Assembly (NCBI GenBank): GCA_964016885.1
Contig: OZ024740.1
Span: forward strand, 171,492,001-171,556,000
Length of the DNA stretch: 64,000 nt
Source: Eledone cirrhosa
Lineage: Eukaryota
Direction: 5' to 3'
How positions within the stretch are numbered: the first letter of the stretch is position 1; each line of letters begins with the position of its first letter. Below the pieces are notes generated by a model. The model saw nothing but the letters and a program-made list of their open reading frames with translations, did no database searches and was not told the DNA's origin. Position numbers and translations under genes: made by a program. Shown here piece after piece: positions 1 through 13,455 of this stretch.

Positions 1-1035
1 ATCCATTGGAGCATGCAGGCTTCGTTTCTTTCTAATTTACGCAAGTCTTCCACAGACAGCGCCAAGGTCTCACTATCTTGTAACATTGCAGTTAGCAGTG
101 GCAGTAGCTCCCTGAACTTCTTCCATCCCGTTTTTACTCTAGTTATTGTACTTTCTGAACACCCACCTCCGCTGCTAATTCGGTCGCCTAGGTGGCAGAA
201 GCTGTCTACTGTTTCTACAGAGCCCTCCCAGAGTTTGGTGGTACTTGTTTCCTGTGGCTGTTTGCTGCTTGCTGTCCCAGCACAGCTGCTACATGTGAAG
301 CCTACATTCTTAGTTAAGCTTCCTGAGATCCCGCTACATCTCTTGTGTACCCATTGTTTGCATTTGGGGCAGAGAATGGAGTTCCTACTTACACCTTTCC
401 TACATACTGAGCAAGGCCATTTCGCTGAGGGGATCTGGGTTCTGTTTTCTCGTCTACTTACAAGGACCTTAGTCTTTGTCATGTTGACCCTGAGACCCCT
501 TCTCTCTAGTCCCTGCTTCCAAGTTTGGAATTTCTTCTCTAGTTTACCATAAATTCAGCTATAAGTGCGAGGAGTTCCCATGGGCATCTGGTCTTAAACT
601 CCTCCGTTATTGCCTGCAGAACTATGATGAACAGGAGAGGGCTAAGAACAGAGCCCTGATGGACACCGACCTGTATGCTAAATTCCTCGCTATAGTTATT
701 GCTAATCCTAACTTTGTTGACTGCTCCCCTATACATGGCTTGTACAGCTTTCACAAGCCATTCATCTACTCCTAGTTTTCTAAGAGCCCACCAGATTATA
801 GCACGGGGAACTCTGTCAAAGGCTTTCTCAAGATCGACGAATGCCAGGTAGAGCGGCTTACTTTTAGCTAGGTACTTTTCCTGTAACTGCCTCACAAGGA
901 AGAGAGCATCAGTGGTGCCTCTTCCCGGCACAAACCCAAATTGCATCTCATCTAGTTTCACCCGGTCCCTAATCAACTGTGCTATAACTCTTTCTGTTAC
1001 TTTCATGACCATCAGCTTTATACCTCTATAGTTTC
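1..1035 (-). mobile_element. RTE-clade LINE fragment (RT domain, decayed)
   Basis: ORF 539..1012 has QFGFVPGRGTTDA, AFVDLEKAFDRVP and GVHQGSVLSPLLF, with the YADD region deleted. Highly similar to the copy at 18442-20890. Confidence 0.93.
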
Positions 1036-1338
1036 CATTAAAAAAACATTATACATGACAAAAAAAGTACATTACTAGAAATCCCATACATTATAAAATA
1101 AATAGGATGTGTTGGGGTCTCAATATGTAAACTAAACGACTAATTTTAGTTTTAAAAAAAATCAATGGAGACAACCTAAAAAAATTACCGATTTTCCAAC
1201 CCACCTGCTTATTCCATCCCATCTATTATTTGGGACCTGAAAGTACCTTCTCTCCACTGACCACTCCTACTTCACTCCAAGCTATAAATTATATAATTAT
1301 GATTCATTTCTGAAAATTTTTTCTGCTGTCTTTTTCAG

Positions 1339-1416
1339 TTCAGTGTTACCAGTGTTCATATTGTAACAAGAAATTCCAAACTGAAAGATTAATGCGAGAT
1401 CATGTTCGAATTCATG
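1339..1416 (+). CDS. HINFP: HINFP (histone H4 transcription factor) internal exon, C2H2 zinc finger
   Basis: tttttcAG|..|GTaaga. Encodes QCYQCSYCNKKFQTERLMRDHVRIH. Phase is compatible with the next exon. Upstream exons lie outside the window. Confidence 0.88.
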
Positions 1417-1469
1417 GTAAGAGGATTCAACATTTAAAATTTTGTTTTCTTATCCTTTGAAATGATAAT

Positions 1470-1880
1470 AATGGTTTCTACTTTAGGCACAAGGCCAGCA
1501 ATTTGAAGGGAGGGGAAAGTCGATTAAATCGACCCCAGTGCATTACTGGTACTTTATTTTGTCGACCCTGTAAAGATAAAAGGCAAAGCTAACCTCGGCT
1601 GGATTTGAATTCAGAACGTAAAGGGCAGTAACTCTGTGCTGAAAAGTATGGTGTCCGATGCTCTACTGATACTGCCAATCCAGAAATGATAATAATTGTT
1701 TCTACTTTTGGCATAAGGCCAGTAACTTTTGGGGAGGGTAAAAGTCAATAAAATCGACTAGAGTAGCTTACTGGTACTACATGTTATTGATACTGAAAGA
1801 ATGAAAGGCAATGTTGACCTTATAGGGATTTGAACTCAGATAAAGAGCTGAATCAAATGCTGTTTAATAGTGTAATGATC
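1470..1880 (-). mobile_element. Two tandem tRNA-derived SINEs (MetaSINE-type core)
   Basis: Reverse complement of the core (g)ccttt(c/t)atc..t.c.gggtcga.aaaataaagtaccag, with a B-box-like g(a)ttcaaatcc. Same family as 22962-24078. Confidence 0.8.
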
Positions 1881-1963
1881 TGCCAATACACCATTCATTA
1901 AAATTGCTAACTCTGCATATCTTATGAAGGGTAATCATACTATATGTTTTCTTTTTTGTCTAG

Positions 1964-2084
1964 TGAACTCATACAAGTGCCCATTATGTGATATGACATG
2001 TCCAAACCCACATGGTCTTAGAAATCATCTTCGATATAAACATACAAGTGAACGGCAGTATAATTGCCTTGAATGTGACTATAG
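1964..2084 (+). CDS. HINFP: HINFP internal exon
   Basis: ttgtctAG|..|GTgagt. Encodes [40 protein letters not shown], matching the HINFP motif [14 protein letters not shown]. Confidence 0.93.
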
Positions 2085-2879
2085 GTGAGTAATTCTGTAT
2101 TCATTTATTCATTCCTTTTTTTTTTACTTAATCATTTTGATACCCAACTGAAACCATCCTTGGTTCTATGATACAAGCTGTTTATTTTAAAGTATTTATA
2201 TTTATCTATAAATCTTACATCATAATTATTGTAACAACCTTTTTTAAGTTATGTTCCAAACACCAATGTAATAATGATCTCTACTTTTGGTACAAGGCCA
2301 GTAATTTGGTGGGGAGGTAAAAAGTCAATTAAATTGATTGCAATACTTGACTAGTATTTTATTTTATCAACCCTGAAAGGATGAAAAGCATGGTTGACCT
2401 CTGTGGGGAGGTTGAGTGAGAAAAAGAGAAAGCGAAAGTGAGAAGAGAAAGGCTGAGAGCAATAAAATAAAATCCAAAGTAAGATTTCAATCTTTGAAAG
2501 AAAAAGTATTACTGTATATACTTGCAGGGCCTCCATGAGAAATTTTGCAAGGTGGTACAAGACCCTTTTGGGGCCTGAAGCAGGCAAAGATTTTTCTCAA
2601 AATGGATGTTACATGGTTGCTGTGAGGCTTTCTTAGCACTTGGGCCCTGGAACAATGTACCGGTTGGATCCCCATCTCATAGGCCCTGTATACTCGTATA
2701 TAAGCTGAGAAATATGTGACAAAAAAAATTGATGGTAAAATGGGATGTGACATATATTCGAGGTTAAGATTTTGCCAATTTTCACCAACTTCAAAATTCT
2801 ATGTAAATAAGGTGCTTGAATATCTAGAGTGATTATTTTTCAATGAAACATTGTTTTTCTACATTAACTACATCGTCGT

Positions 2880-3610
2880 TGGTGTACACAAGAGATGTAG
2901 GATAACAAGTAGACTAACAGGAAGGGAAGAATTTGTATGTAGAAGATGCATAGGGGTAACTGAGAGGAAGAGCGCCAGTAAGTAAACCTATTCCAGTCAC
3001 AGGAAGGACCCATAGCTTCTGCTATCTAGGCGACTTAATTAGCAACAGAGGAGGGTGCTCTGAGAGCATAATAGTTAGAATAAGGATACGATGGAAAAAA
3101 GTTTAGAGAGCTTCTCCCACTTTTGACCACAAAAAGTTTCTCTCTATGTACAAAAGGACGCCTGTATGCGAAGTGCGATGCTGTATGGTAGTGAAACATG
3201 GGCTATGACTGCAGAGGACTTACGTAGACTGGAAAGAAATGAAGCAACCATGCTTCTTTGGATGTGCAGTGTAAGTGTGAGAGAAAGGCAGAACTTGGAT
3301 GAACTGAGGGAGAAACAGGATTTAAGAGGAATCCGAGGTAGTGTGCAGGAGAGAACACTGCTTTGGTTACGACATATGATGCATGTGGCCAATGATCACT
3401 GGGTGAAGAAGTGCCAGGAAATCGCAGTGGAAGGAAGGGAGTTGCAGTAGAGGTAGACCCAAACAAACTTGGCCAGAGGTTGTGAGAGCTGATCTCAAAT
3501 CGCTGGGCACTGGGACTCACAGAGGAAATGACAAAGGAACGCGATGAGTGGAGAGATGCTGTACTGAGATGGACTCATCCAACCTATGCAAGCATGTAAA
3601 AGCGATGATA
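2880..3610 (+). mobile_element. RTE LINE 3' fragment
   Basis: ORF 3166..3450 MLYGSETWAMT..RRLERNE..LRGIR..RTLLW. Ends in a (GAT)n-like tail. Confidence 0.85.
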
Positions 3611-3625
3611 TATATATTATATATA

Positions 3626-3817
3626 TACATATATGTGTGTTTGAACAATAAAAACAGAAGTCAGGCATAAGTAGAGAGTCAGTTCATTGTTTTACGATCG
3701 TTTCAGAGGGTCAATCTTCACCAATCAATCGACCCTCTGAAACAATCGTAAAACAACGAACTGACTCTCTACTTACACCTGACTTCTGTTTTTATTGTTA
3801 AAACACAGATATATGTA
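3626..3817. repeat. Long imperfect palindrome (about 90-bp arms, 12-nt loop)
   Basis: 3626-3715 is the reverse complement of 3728-3817 with a few mismatches. It follows a TA-rich tract. Confidence 0.92.
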
Positions 3818-4335
3818 AATGACTCTGTAATCCGGACTGATTTTCTTTGAGGATACCTTAGAAGGTGATCACCTACCACAAGAACTACTGGTCACACTGC
3901 CGATTCTTGCCACTACTATCCTTCCTAGAATATATTAAATTCTAACAACCTTATCAGCCCCGCCACAACCAGATAGACTCAGAAGACATGGAGAGAGAGA
4001 GTGACAGATAGACAATACTGTTGACAGAATGCTTATTTCTAGTATAAATGAAAGATTTTTAGAACATTTCCACCTACCTTTATCTTATATTTGTGGTTCC
4101 ATGAAATGCTAGAATGGTTTTGGTAGATTGTAATATTCCAGTGTCAGATGGATAAAAAGGTTATATAGTTATTATAGTATAGATTTATTAGTTATATCAA
4201 ATGCAACACATTTAAATTCTTCATTATATTTTCATTCTTTTAGATTAATCCTGTGTTTACTGATATGCTGTTTGTAATGTTTTGAGTAAATAAAAATTAA
4301 TTGAATGATATGTTTCTATTCTGTTTGATTACTAG

Positions 4336-4471
4336 GAGTAAAGCACCTTCAGATCTAAGACGTCACATGGAAACTCATTCAGAAAATACCATTATGTGCC
4401 ATGTGAAAGGATGTCATTTTGTAACTCGTCTTTACCAATGTTTGGCTACTCATTACCAAAAAACACATCAG
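4336..4471 (+). CDS. HINFP: HINFP internal exon
   Basis: tactAG|..|GTcagt. Encodes RSKAPSDLRRHMETHSENTIMCHVKGCHFVTRLYQCLATHYQKTHQ. Confidence 0.92.
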
Positions 4472-5759
4472 GTCAGTTTCATTTTACTTGCTGAAACAAA
4501 GTTAGTTTAACCCTTTGGCATTTAAACCAGCCATATCCAGCCAGAATTCTCTCACCTCTTTCTGTTCAAACCGCCTATAACTGGCTGCTCATACTGAGAT
4601 TAAGGTATTGTTCTCAAAATAAATAACATCAAAATCTTGTAGATTCGATATTATGTGGGAAAATTATATAAGATACAGAGTAATCTAAGTGCTAAAATTA
4701 TTTATGTAAAATTTATGAGAAAATTGTAATGCATGAAAATTATATGAACACGTTTATTTCTCAGTAATGGAAGTACAGATTATTTTGCAAAGTTTTTCTG
4801 ATGGACCTTATCCAGTTCAGGGTGTGAAGTTAATCCTATGTCAGAAATATATTTTCTATCATTAATTAACTTCTTGGTCCAAGACCTTATCTGTTCTACC
4901 TTTACAATAAGATTCTGGTTATCTACATGTAGAACTGCATAATACCACCCCACTGATAGGCAAGAATTTCCTCACTTCAATCTCTGGCACACAGATGCAC
5001 TGTTTCCACTCTAACCTTTCTACTATTAATATGATGGCTTCTGTTCTACAGCTGGCATGCCTTGTGTCACGCCTGTTCAGGTGCTACTAATTCACTCATC
5101 TTTCCTTCTCATTACCTATGTTGTAACTACATCCTTAGGCCCACACTAATCACTACACTCAGTCCTTCTTTCCTAGAACGTCTCTCTAATATATTTTTAT
5201 GCAAACATCAGCATGCAACTATTCAAGAAAAACATCGACCATGTAGAGAAACTCTTATGTCAAATGTGTGGCGTGTAGGTGACACAAAGCCAATTCTACA
5301 AATTTACTGTTTGCATTCATGTACAGCCATGAAGGAGATGGGCAGAACAAACAATTGCTAAGACATGCCTACATCATCTTTCAGACCAATCAATGATTCA
5401 CTCTGATACCATACATCTTGTCTGTGAGGAAATGGCAAAATAAACATCATATATTAATGATAGTTGCAAAGTCATAAGGCTGGAAATTTCACTTATTTGT
5501 TGTGTCATGGCCAGTCATCATGGATAAGGTGGTTACAATAGACAGCAAACCAGATATGGAGTCTTTAATAGAGAAGTGAAGCACAGCAGACCAGCTAACT
5601 TGTGCAGCAAATTAACTATGGAATCATCAATACAAACAACTTTTATCAGAAATTATAGATTCAGCCACAGCCATATATATATGTTTGTATGCATGTATAT
5701 ACATATATATATGTTTGTATGCATGTATATACATATATAATAGATTCTCCCATTGTATA

Positions 5760-6600
5760 TCAATGTATGAGGGTTCAACAGTCTTCTCAGTTCAGCTTTT
5801 TATAGTCATACTTTAAATGGTATTTTAGTCCAACTGCTGACTTACATATAAAGCAGCAGATGACAGGATTTTGAGCAGAGCAGGATGGAAGGTTTCATCG
5901 AATCTTGGTGTTAGATGTTAGATCATGAAGATGGACCAGATGAGATTTTTCAAAGTTCTTTATACCTTCATGGCAGACAGTTCTCCATTAAACCCAAGAA
6001 CCTCATGCCATGTTTGATAGTCACTTCCAAATCTAGCATTGAAATCTACCATTATGATGAGCTTGTTCTTGAAAGGAGAAGTGGAGACCACTCTGTAAAG
6101 CTGATCATAAAATGTTACGATATCCTGTTCAGATGATTAAAGTTTAACAGAGGTGTTGTTTCTAGCTCCAGAGAAAGAGTCATGATATGATCACTGATAC
6201 CTTTTGGGAATAATGTTAGGCATCTAACAATGTTAGATCTAATGACTAAACCAGCACCAGACTGACAGTGGTTCTCTTCACTTGCCAAGGAGTCGGGTTT
6301 CACTTATCACACAAATATCGATGTTATATATGTTTAGTGCATTACAGATGAGGGCTGATCTTCGCTCCAGACTTGAAATGCTGCTCTGAAGTGTTCTCAT
6401 ATTCCAGGAACCAAAATTTGAATTTAAATTCTTTGTTTTATTTTGACTGCATATTTGGATAACTAGACAGCCACGGTTTACTGCTAGGTTAAAAGATTGA
6501 GCAAGCATTTGTTTAGGGCTTCTTTTACCATCCCAACCCTGTGTAGAGAAACCACCTGTGTAGGTCTAAAAAGACATGCTTTGTCACCATCAGAGGACAT
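5760..6600 (-). mobile_element. Decayed RTE (BovB-like) LINE, AP-endonuclease N-terminus
   Basis: ORF 6278..6508 FGSWNMRTL..ERRSALICNAL..YNIDICVISETRL carries the APE WN.RT and SETR motifs. Confidence 0.75.
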
Positions 6601-6829
6601 GAACAGCACATATTGCTCATATTTGTACATGAATGGCGACCATCAGGTGATGGTCGCCTCAATCCCAATGAACAACACAACTCAGGTATTGGATGACCGT
6701 TTACTTTCAAGAATTTCACCCTTTGACTGGTTTTGTGACAGACTCATGAGCGACTTGATATTAAAGCATATATATATATATATTAGGTTGGTTTTTATAT
6801 ATATATAAGGAAAGAGAGAAGGGGAAAAA

Positions 6830-7366
6830 AAAAACAGTCCACGCTGTAATGTGGTCGTGTAGGTAACACGATAAAAAGCTCCCAATCCACACTATAAATG
6901 TGGTTGGTGTTAGGAAGGGCATCCAACCGTAGAAAACTGCCAGATAGTCCTATACGAGTGAGACAGGTCACCCGACCAATCTTGCCTCAAGTGGGACAAC
7001 TCCCGTCTAACCCATGCTAGCATGGAAGATAGATGTTAAACGATGACGATGACGATAGCAAGTTAGATGTTTGGGAATCCTCCTGATATATATTATGTTG
7101 GTACCACAAAACATCCAGCCCACACTGTAAAGTGACAAAATCACCCAATCCACACTGTAAAGTGGTTGTGTAGGAGACATGGCAAAAAGCACTCGGCACA
7201 TACTGTAAATTTTGTTGGCATTAGGAAGGGCATTCAGCCGTAGAAAACTAGCCAGAAACAGTCCTGTATGAGTGAGACATAGTCACTCGACCCAACTTGC
7301 CTTAAATGGGACAAACCCGTCTAACTCATGCTAGCATGAAGATGGACATTAAATGATGATGATGAT
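6830..7366 (+). mobile_element. Two solo RTE 3'-end (SINE-like) copies
   Basis: cacactgtaaa repeats, ggtgttaggaagggcatcca.c.gtagaaa, cccatgctagcatggaa and a (GAT)n tail, as at the 3' end of the RTE at 18442. Confidence 0.82.
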
Positions 7367-7389
7367 GGTATATATATATATATATATGT

Positions 7390-8052
7390 AGTAGATGTTC
7401 AGGGAAAATTGATAGTAGAAGTGTCAGTGATAGGCACATTTTTCAAATGCAGGTAGAATCTATAGAGGTGGTGGATAGTTTCTGATATCTAGGTGATCAA
7501 ATTAGCAAGGGAAGAGGATGCTCCGAGGCCATAATATTTAGAATAAGGACAGGATGAAAGAAGTTTAGGGAGCTGCTTCCTCTGTTGACAATGAAGGGTT
7601 TCTCCCTACGAACGGAAGGTCGGTTGTATGATGCCTGTGTGAGATGCGCAGTGCTGCATGGTAGTGAGACATGGGCAGCAACTGTGGAGGATATGCGAAG
7701 CTGGAGAGAAATGAAGCAAGAATGTTCTGATGGATGTGCAATGTCAATGTGCATGGACGAGTTGAGAGTGAAACTGTATGTAAGAGGAATAAACTATAGT
7801 GTGCAGAACAGAAGACTGCATTGGTATGGCCATGTGATGTACATGGAAGATGACCACTGGGTGAAGAAGTGCTAAGAAATCCCATTAGAAAGAAGATGCA
7901 GTGGAGGAAGACCACGAAAAACATGGGCGGAGGTGGTGAGAGCTGACCTCAGATCGCTGAAGCTCACAGATGACGAATGGAGAGATGCTGTGCTGAAGAG
8001 GACCCGTCCCACTCTTGGAAGCAAGGAAAAGCGGATGTAAAATGATGATGAT
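7390..8052 (+). mobile_element. RTE LINE 3' fragment
   Basis: ORF 7585..7875 KGFSLRTEGRLYDACVR..LHGSETW..RRLHWYGHVM, followed by a (GAT)n tail. Confidence 0.87.
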
Positions 8053-8459
8053 ATATATAATATATGTGTGTGTGTGAAAGAAAGTATTCATAATGATAGA
8101 AACTGATGGTTGTAAAAAAAGCCAGCCATCTGAGCTGTTGGTACAAGACAGTCTGATAGTTAAAAATATGTTAACTGAGTTTATATATATGTACAGTGTG
8201 TATATAAGCTTAAAGTGATGATAATTTTAAAGGCAACTAGAAAGTGAAAAAAATTGGTTGTCTTATGAATAGCTGAAAAAAAATGCAGGAATGCTAATTG
8301 CTTATTGATTAAAAGCCATTTGATCTCTCCAGTAAAATAGTGTGAAGTAAAATACCATTGTATTATGTATATGAAGTAATCACTGCAATGTCATATCAGT
8401 TAAAGTGGAACAACTTATGAAATATTTTATAATTTTAATTATATTTATATTTATTTCAG

Positions 8460-8584
8460 GGTATTGATACTCATCGTTTTGCTTGTCACATTTGTAAAGC
8501 TTTATACACACGAGGGTCTCTGCTTACCAAACATCTCAAAAAGACACACAAATATAAACTCCCATCTGGTTACTCAAGATTTCG
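8460..8584 (+). CDS. HINFP: HINFP internal exon
   Basis: atttcAG|..|GTaaat. Encodes GIDTHRFACHICKALYTRGSLLTKHLKKTHKYKLPSGYSRFR, matching the HINFP (W)PSGH.RFR motif. Confidence 0.93.
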
Positions 8585-9969
8585 GTAAATATGTTTTCTA
8601 AAATATTATTTACATTTACAGTCTAACCCATGCTAGCGTGGAAGATAGACGTTAAATGATGATGATGATTTTCTCACTTTAGAATCTCAAATTCTCAGTC
8701 ATTCTTGGATCTCTCAACTTGGATCATTATTTAACGTTCATTTTTTCCCTGCTAGTAAAGGCTGGACTAGTCTCAGACCAAGTCAATGTTTAATGGGTAC
8801 TACTGACCTCTCATATCGGCCGGGGGCCACATCTTGATTGCATACATTTCTGTACCTTACAGAGTATCTTGGGTTCATCTTATCATTGCACTAGCACTAA
8901 GGTTATCATGTGTTTGACATAACTGAAGAATTCTATTGGCTCTTTGTTTGGCAAATTTTCTACAGCTGGATGCTTTTCCTATCACTAAAACCACTTTACA
9001 GAATGTACTGGGTGCATTTTATCATTGCACTGACACTTGGAAGGTTTTCATACCTTTGTCCCAACTAAAGATATAAGGCTCCTTGCTTTGTAACCGAACC
9101 ACTACACATAGTCTTAAGTCATAACTCGGTTGTTATTAGGTACTTAGTTTAATGATACTTTATTTTAAAGTAATTATATTTATCTAAAAATCGTCCACCC
9201 TAATTTTATATAAGAACTTGTAAGGTTTGAAAATCTTTTACTAACAATTACTCACCATGCCAAATCACATATGCATATAACTATAACAATCTCCCTCCCC
9301 AGAGTAGAGAGGGCACTTCAGTTGGGTGACGGTGCCATGGAAATGCACCCATTACACTGGCGACAGGAAGGGCACCCCGCTGTAGAAACCATGCTTAAAA
9401 GGTTGAGAAGATCCTTTAGTTGTGTCAAAGACATAACAACCTACATGATGATGATCTACACGATAAACACACCTAGGACATGCTGTAAAGTGGTTGGTGA
9501 TAGGAAGAGCATCCAGCCATAGAAAGCTTGCCTAACAAGTAATTGGGAAGACCCTTCAGTTTTGTTTCAAAAGACAATAATTTCTCCTGCACATTCGATA
9601 GAATGTATGACTGTATGTAAGCAAGAAGCAGACCTGCTTCAGTACTGACTTGGTTAATGTTGACTCTTCCAACCCTTGTTAGCAGGGAAAGCAGATGTTA
9701 AACAATGATGACAATAGTAATGAAAGATTTAAAAAAAAAACAGTTTGTATTACCACTGAGAGAAACAGAAAGTAAGAGGTTTGAGGATTTTAAATGGGGT
9801 TTGGATTTTTGCCCATTTCTCAAACATAAAATGGGATTTGTATTTGGATCTGCACATATTCATGTATATACCGTAACTCATCCCATCCCCAAAATTGTTG
9901 GCTTAATGCCTAAATTAGAAACGATTAGTCGATATTTTTAATGTAGTGAATTCTTTAAATATTTTTCAG

Positions 9970-10333
9970 TTATACTATGAGTGAAGATGGCTTTTGGCGT
10001 CTGCAAACTGTACGTTACGAAAGTGTGAACTTGATAGAACAAGTCCTGGTCAACGTAGCTGAAGCAACAGCTAATTCTGAAGAGATGGCATCATCGGAAA
10101 GCTCTGATCCAACAACTACCACGGAATTAGTTAGTACAACATATAATCTAGAAATGTTAGGAGATGTAGCCCTTCACACACCAAATAAACTTGATATTGT
10201 CACTGACAAAATAGCAGAAGAAGAAGAATTAGTAAGGACTGAAGATAGTTATAATATTGCTGATAATAATCCTGATAATACCCCTGATAATAATCTTGAT
10301 AATGATATTGAAATGGAGAAAATCAGCCAGTGA
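9970..10333 (+). CDS. HINFP: HINFP last coding exon
   Basis: ttttcAG|. Encodes RYTMSEDGFWRLQTVRYESVNL (HINFP-specific C-terminal motif RY...EDG..RLQ.VRYESV), then an acidic tail and TGA. Confidence 0.93.
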
Positions 10334-13300
10334 AGCCTTTATTCATTTTCAAACAACATTTAATCAAACTGCAGTATGTAAATTTGCGAATGCTGGTGAT
10401 TTATGTTTTAGCATTCTAAGATATGAGAATATTACCTTCTGCCTTATCTAAAATGTATATATTTCTCATCTGTTATATCTTATGTATAAAGAAAATATTC
10501 ATTTCTCTGTTGCCAGTTTTTTCTTTTGTGTAATGTTTGTTATTTTCATTAGTGAAACCTCTTTATGATGACTTGTGTCCAAAAAGAGGAGGAATAAAGA
10601 TATGCATTAATTCAAGGAAATCAGCTGAAACATTGTTAATGATGCTGACAACCATTCATAACTATGTGTTAACAGGCATAAATTAAGCTAATTTAAAACA
10701 GAAAATATTGTCCTTCTTTGCTCAAAATCATGAAAATGTTTAATGGTGCAGCTAATGGTTTCTTTAGCTTTGGTCTCTAGTCAGGTAATAATACATTTTG
10801 CAGATAAAAGAGCAACTATTATAGTTACACTTTTCTGTTATATTTGCTGTAGCACTGAGATGACAGAATGTCTAGAAGAATTTGATGCCAAATACATGAT
10901 TTGTTACAGAAAATAGTTGTATCTGTAGGATTTTGGTCCTGCATGAAATTATGATCTGCAGTATATATTGTGTTGGCGCTTTGAACAAGTTACATTAACT
11001 CTGTTTCTTGCTATTTCTAATGAAAGTCATTGCCTATGATTTTTAAATAATTTTGTGAATAATCAAAAATTTGGAAGGGTTTAGTAATCTAACTTTTTCA
11101 TTATTAAACTAGTGTTTGGGACATAATTTAACAAAAGTTCTTACATAAAACTATGATGGAAGTTTTTTTTTTTTTAGCTAAAATAAACAGCTTTGCATCA
11201 TAGAACAGACCTTTTTATGATTAGCTGATAATAGATTCCAACACCTCACATGGCAGGATGAAAAAATTGGGTTTAAAGACAAATATTTGGTTCACTTCAT
11301 CTAGGTACATATTGTAAGAAGGAAAAACTGAGATGCCGCTTGTCATTGTGATTAACTTACTTATTGCTATTTGTATGTATTGTATATATAAAATAAATTT
11401 TTTATAATGCAATTTTCATTTCTAATATTTTTGTATTCCAAAATACTTTCTCTGTTTTGCCTGTCTCTTTACCTTTGAAAACAAATATATATTTATTATT
11501 TAGTTAGACTTGGTTAAAAGAAAAATGTATTTCCAATGCTTGTGTTATACATTTGACAAATACATCTGAAAGGCCTGTAATATTTTAAGGTGACATTTTT
11601 ATTAATTTCACCCATATCGATTTAAATTGATTCTTATATGCTTCTTCAAAATACCTAAATGTTTGATGTTATTGATTACATAAACAAAAAACTATACTAG
11701 TTTAAAGAATGAATATAGGTCGAAACATTGGTTTATTTTTACTTCAAGTATGTCATGTCTGGGATGTGAAAACCCCCATAGTCCTGGTGTCACGATAAGA
11801 TACACTTAGTACACTTTGTAAAGTGATTGGCATCAGGAAGTGCATCGAACTCTAGGAATAAAAAAAATATGAATGTATGCAAGATGTGGCCTCCAGCCTG
11901 TCTAAGAGGAAAGTAGCTTCGATTAAGTATTGGCTTGATTGGTAATGGCCTATCCAATCCATGCCAGCATGGTAAATGTAAAATTAGAGAGTGAGTATTG
12001 ATTGAAATCCTTCTATATATCTGATATATATTTATTATTGCACAGGGTGATGATGAAATGGCTGAATTTGATCTCACAATGTAGAGGATCAACACTAAAT
12101 AATATTTCTGCTAACTTGTTAGATGATATTTCTTCAATGATTGTTGCTCTAATCAAGCAATCCTTTATCTGATCATATTCACAGTAGTCCAGTGATATTA
12201 TTACTGTAGCGTGATATAGTTTTCTCTTTTCACTTCACACTGTCTTTTTCCTGTTAATTGACAAATCATGACAGGTCCATATCTTTTTTTTTTTGTTTCT
12301 GGCACATGAAAGCTTATGTTGATGAAATATAATTCAAGTAATACTGCATAGTGTTTTCAATAGCATGTAATACAAACTCTCTTATATTTATAAACATCAA
12401 GATCTAAAATCTAAATCACAGTCTCCTAATACTTGCAATTCAAATCTAGGATGTAAAGATGACAATATTTACAACTTAATCCAGCCTTAGAAACCAAGCC
12501 CAAAACGGAGCATATGAACAAGATGTGGTCACCTGATCAGTCTAGCCTAACCATGTAAGCATGGGAAATAGGCATTAAACAGTGATGATGATGATATTTT
12601 TTCAGCCATTTTTCCATGCTTGTATGCAGTGTACCTTTTGCTCAGAGAGAATTCCTTCATTTCTAACAGAGGTAGTAACTTCCAGAACTTTTCCCATCCT
12701 ATTCTAATTACTATGCTTTTAGAGCAATCTCCTCCAGTACCAATTAGGTCACATTGGTAACTGAAGCTATTGACTAATTTTATGGAACCTTCTGTGGATT
12801 AAAAAAAAAGTTTATTTTACTAAGTATCCCTGTGTATCTGACACATACAAAGTCTACCTTCTCTGTTAGCCTGCCTACACTTCTTGTGTACCTATATTTT
12901 ATATTTAGTACATGGTATGTGAGAAAAACGCCAAAGCTGAGAATGTAGAACAAATCCTCTGCTGCTAATAAAACAAAATAATTGCTGTGGTTTAACAAAC
13001 AGAGATCGATAAACTAAGTACCAGATTATTAATGCTAATATGATGAAACCTCGAGAAGGCTGTGCAGCAGCATGTCCGCAGTTAATCGACTGAATCCAAC
13101 GAAAGAATTAAAAAATATATATTTATGATTTCTTTCTATCAACAAAATAGAGAAAAAATCGAATTCAATAAATTTATGATACTTCTTTTTAAAAATTGAT
13201 GTAGTTATTTAAAACAACATTAAAACAATTTTTTTTAATTATTAAAAAAAAAAAACGAACGAATTATCTCCCTTAAACTTCCATTCGCAGCACATAAATT

Positions 13301-13455
13301 CATAATAAAGACGTATTTGAGCCCATATAAAAAGGAAATATATATATTTACATTAAATAGTATATTTGATTTTCAACTAAGCTAATTTTGTATTAAAAAA
13401 AAACACAAAAAAAAGGGGGGTTAGCATTCAACAAGTTTACGAATAAATTAATACT

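Noticed and set aside
13-552. 179-aa plus-strand ORF and similar ones (18858, 19344, 17543, 40938, 46503)
   Set aside because: They are antisense shadows of LINE RT coding sequence.
5672-5738. 30-bp tandem duplication with an internal palindrome
   Set aside because: Ordinary slippage in a TA/TG microsatellite.
11392-11397. AATAAA as the HINFP poly(A) signal (similarly 26880-26885 for RBM7)
   Set aside because: Plausible, but the hexamer is too common in AT-rich DNA to call without transcript data.
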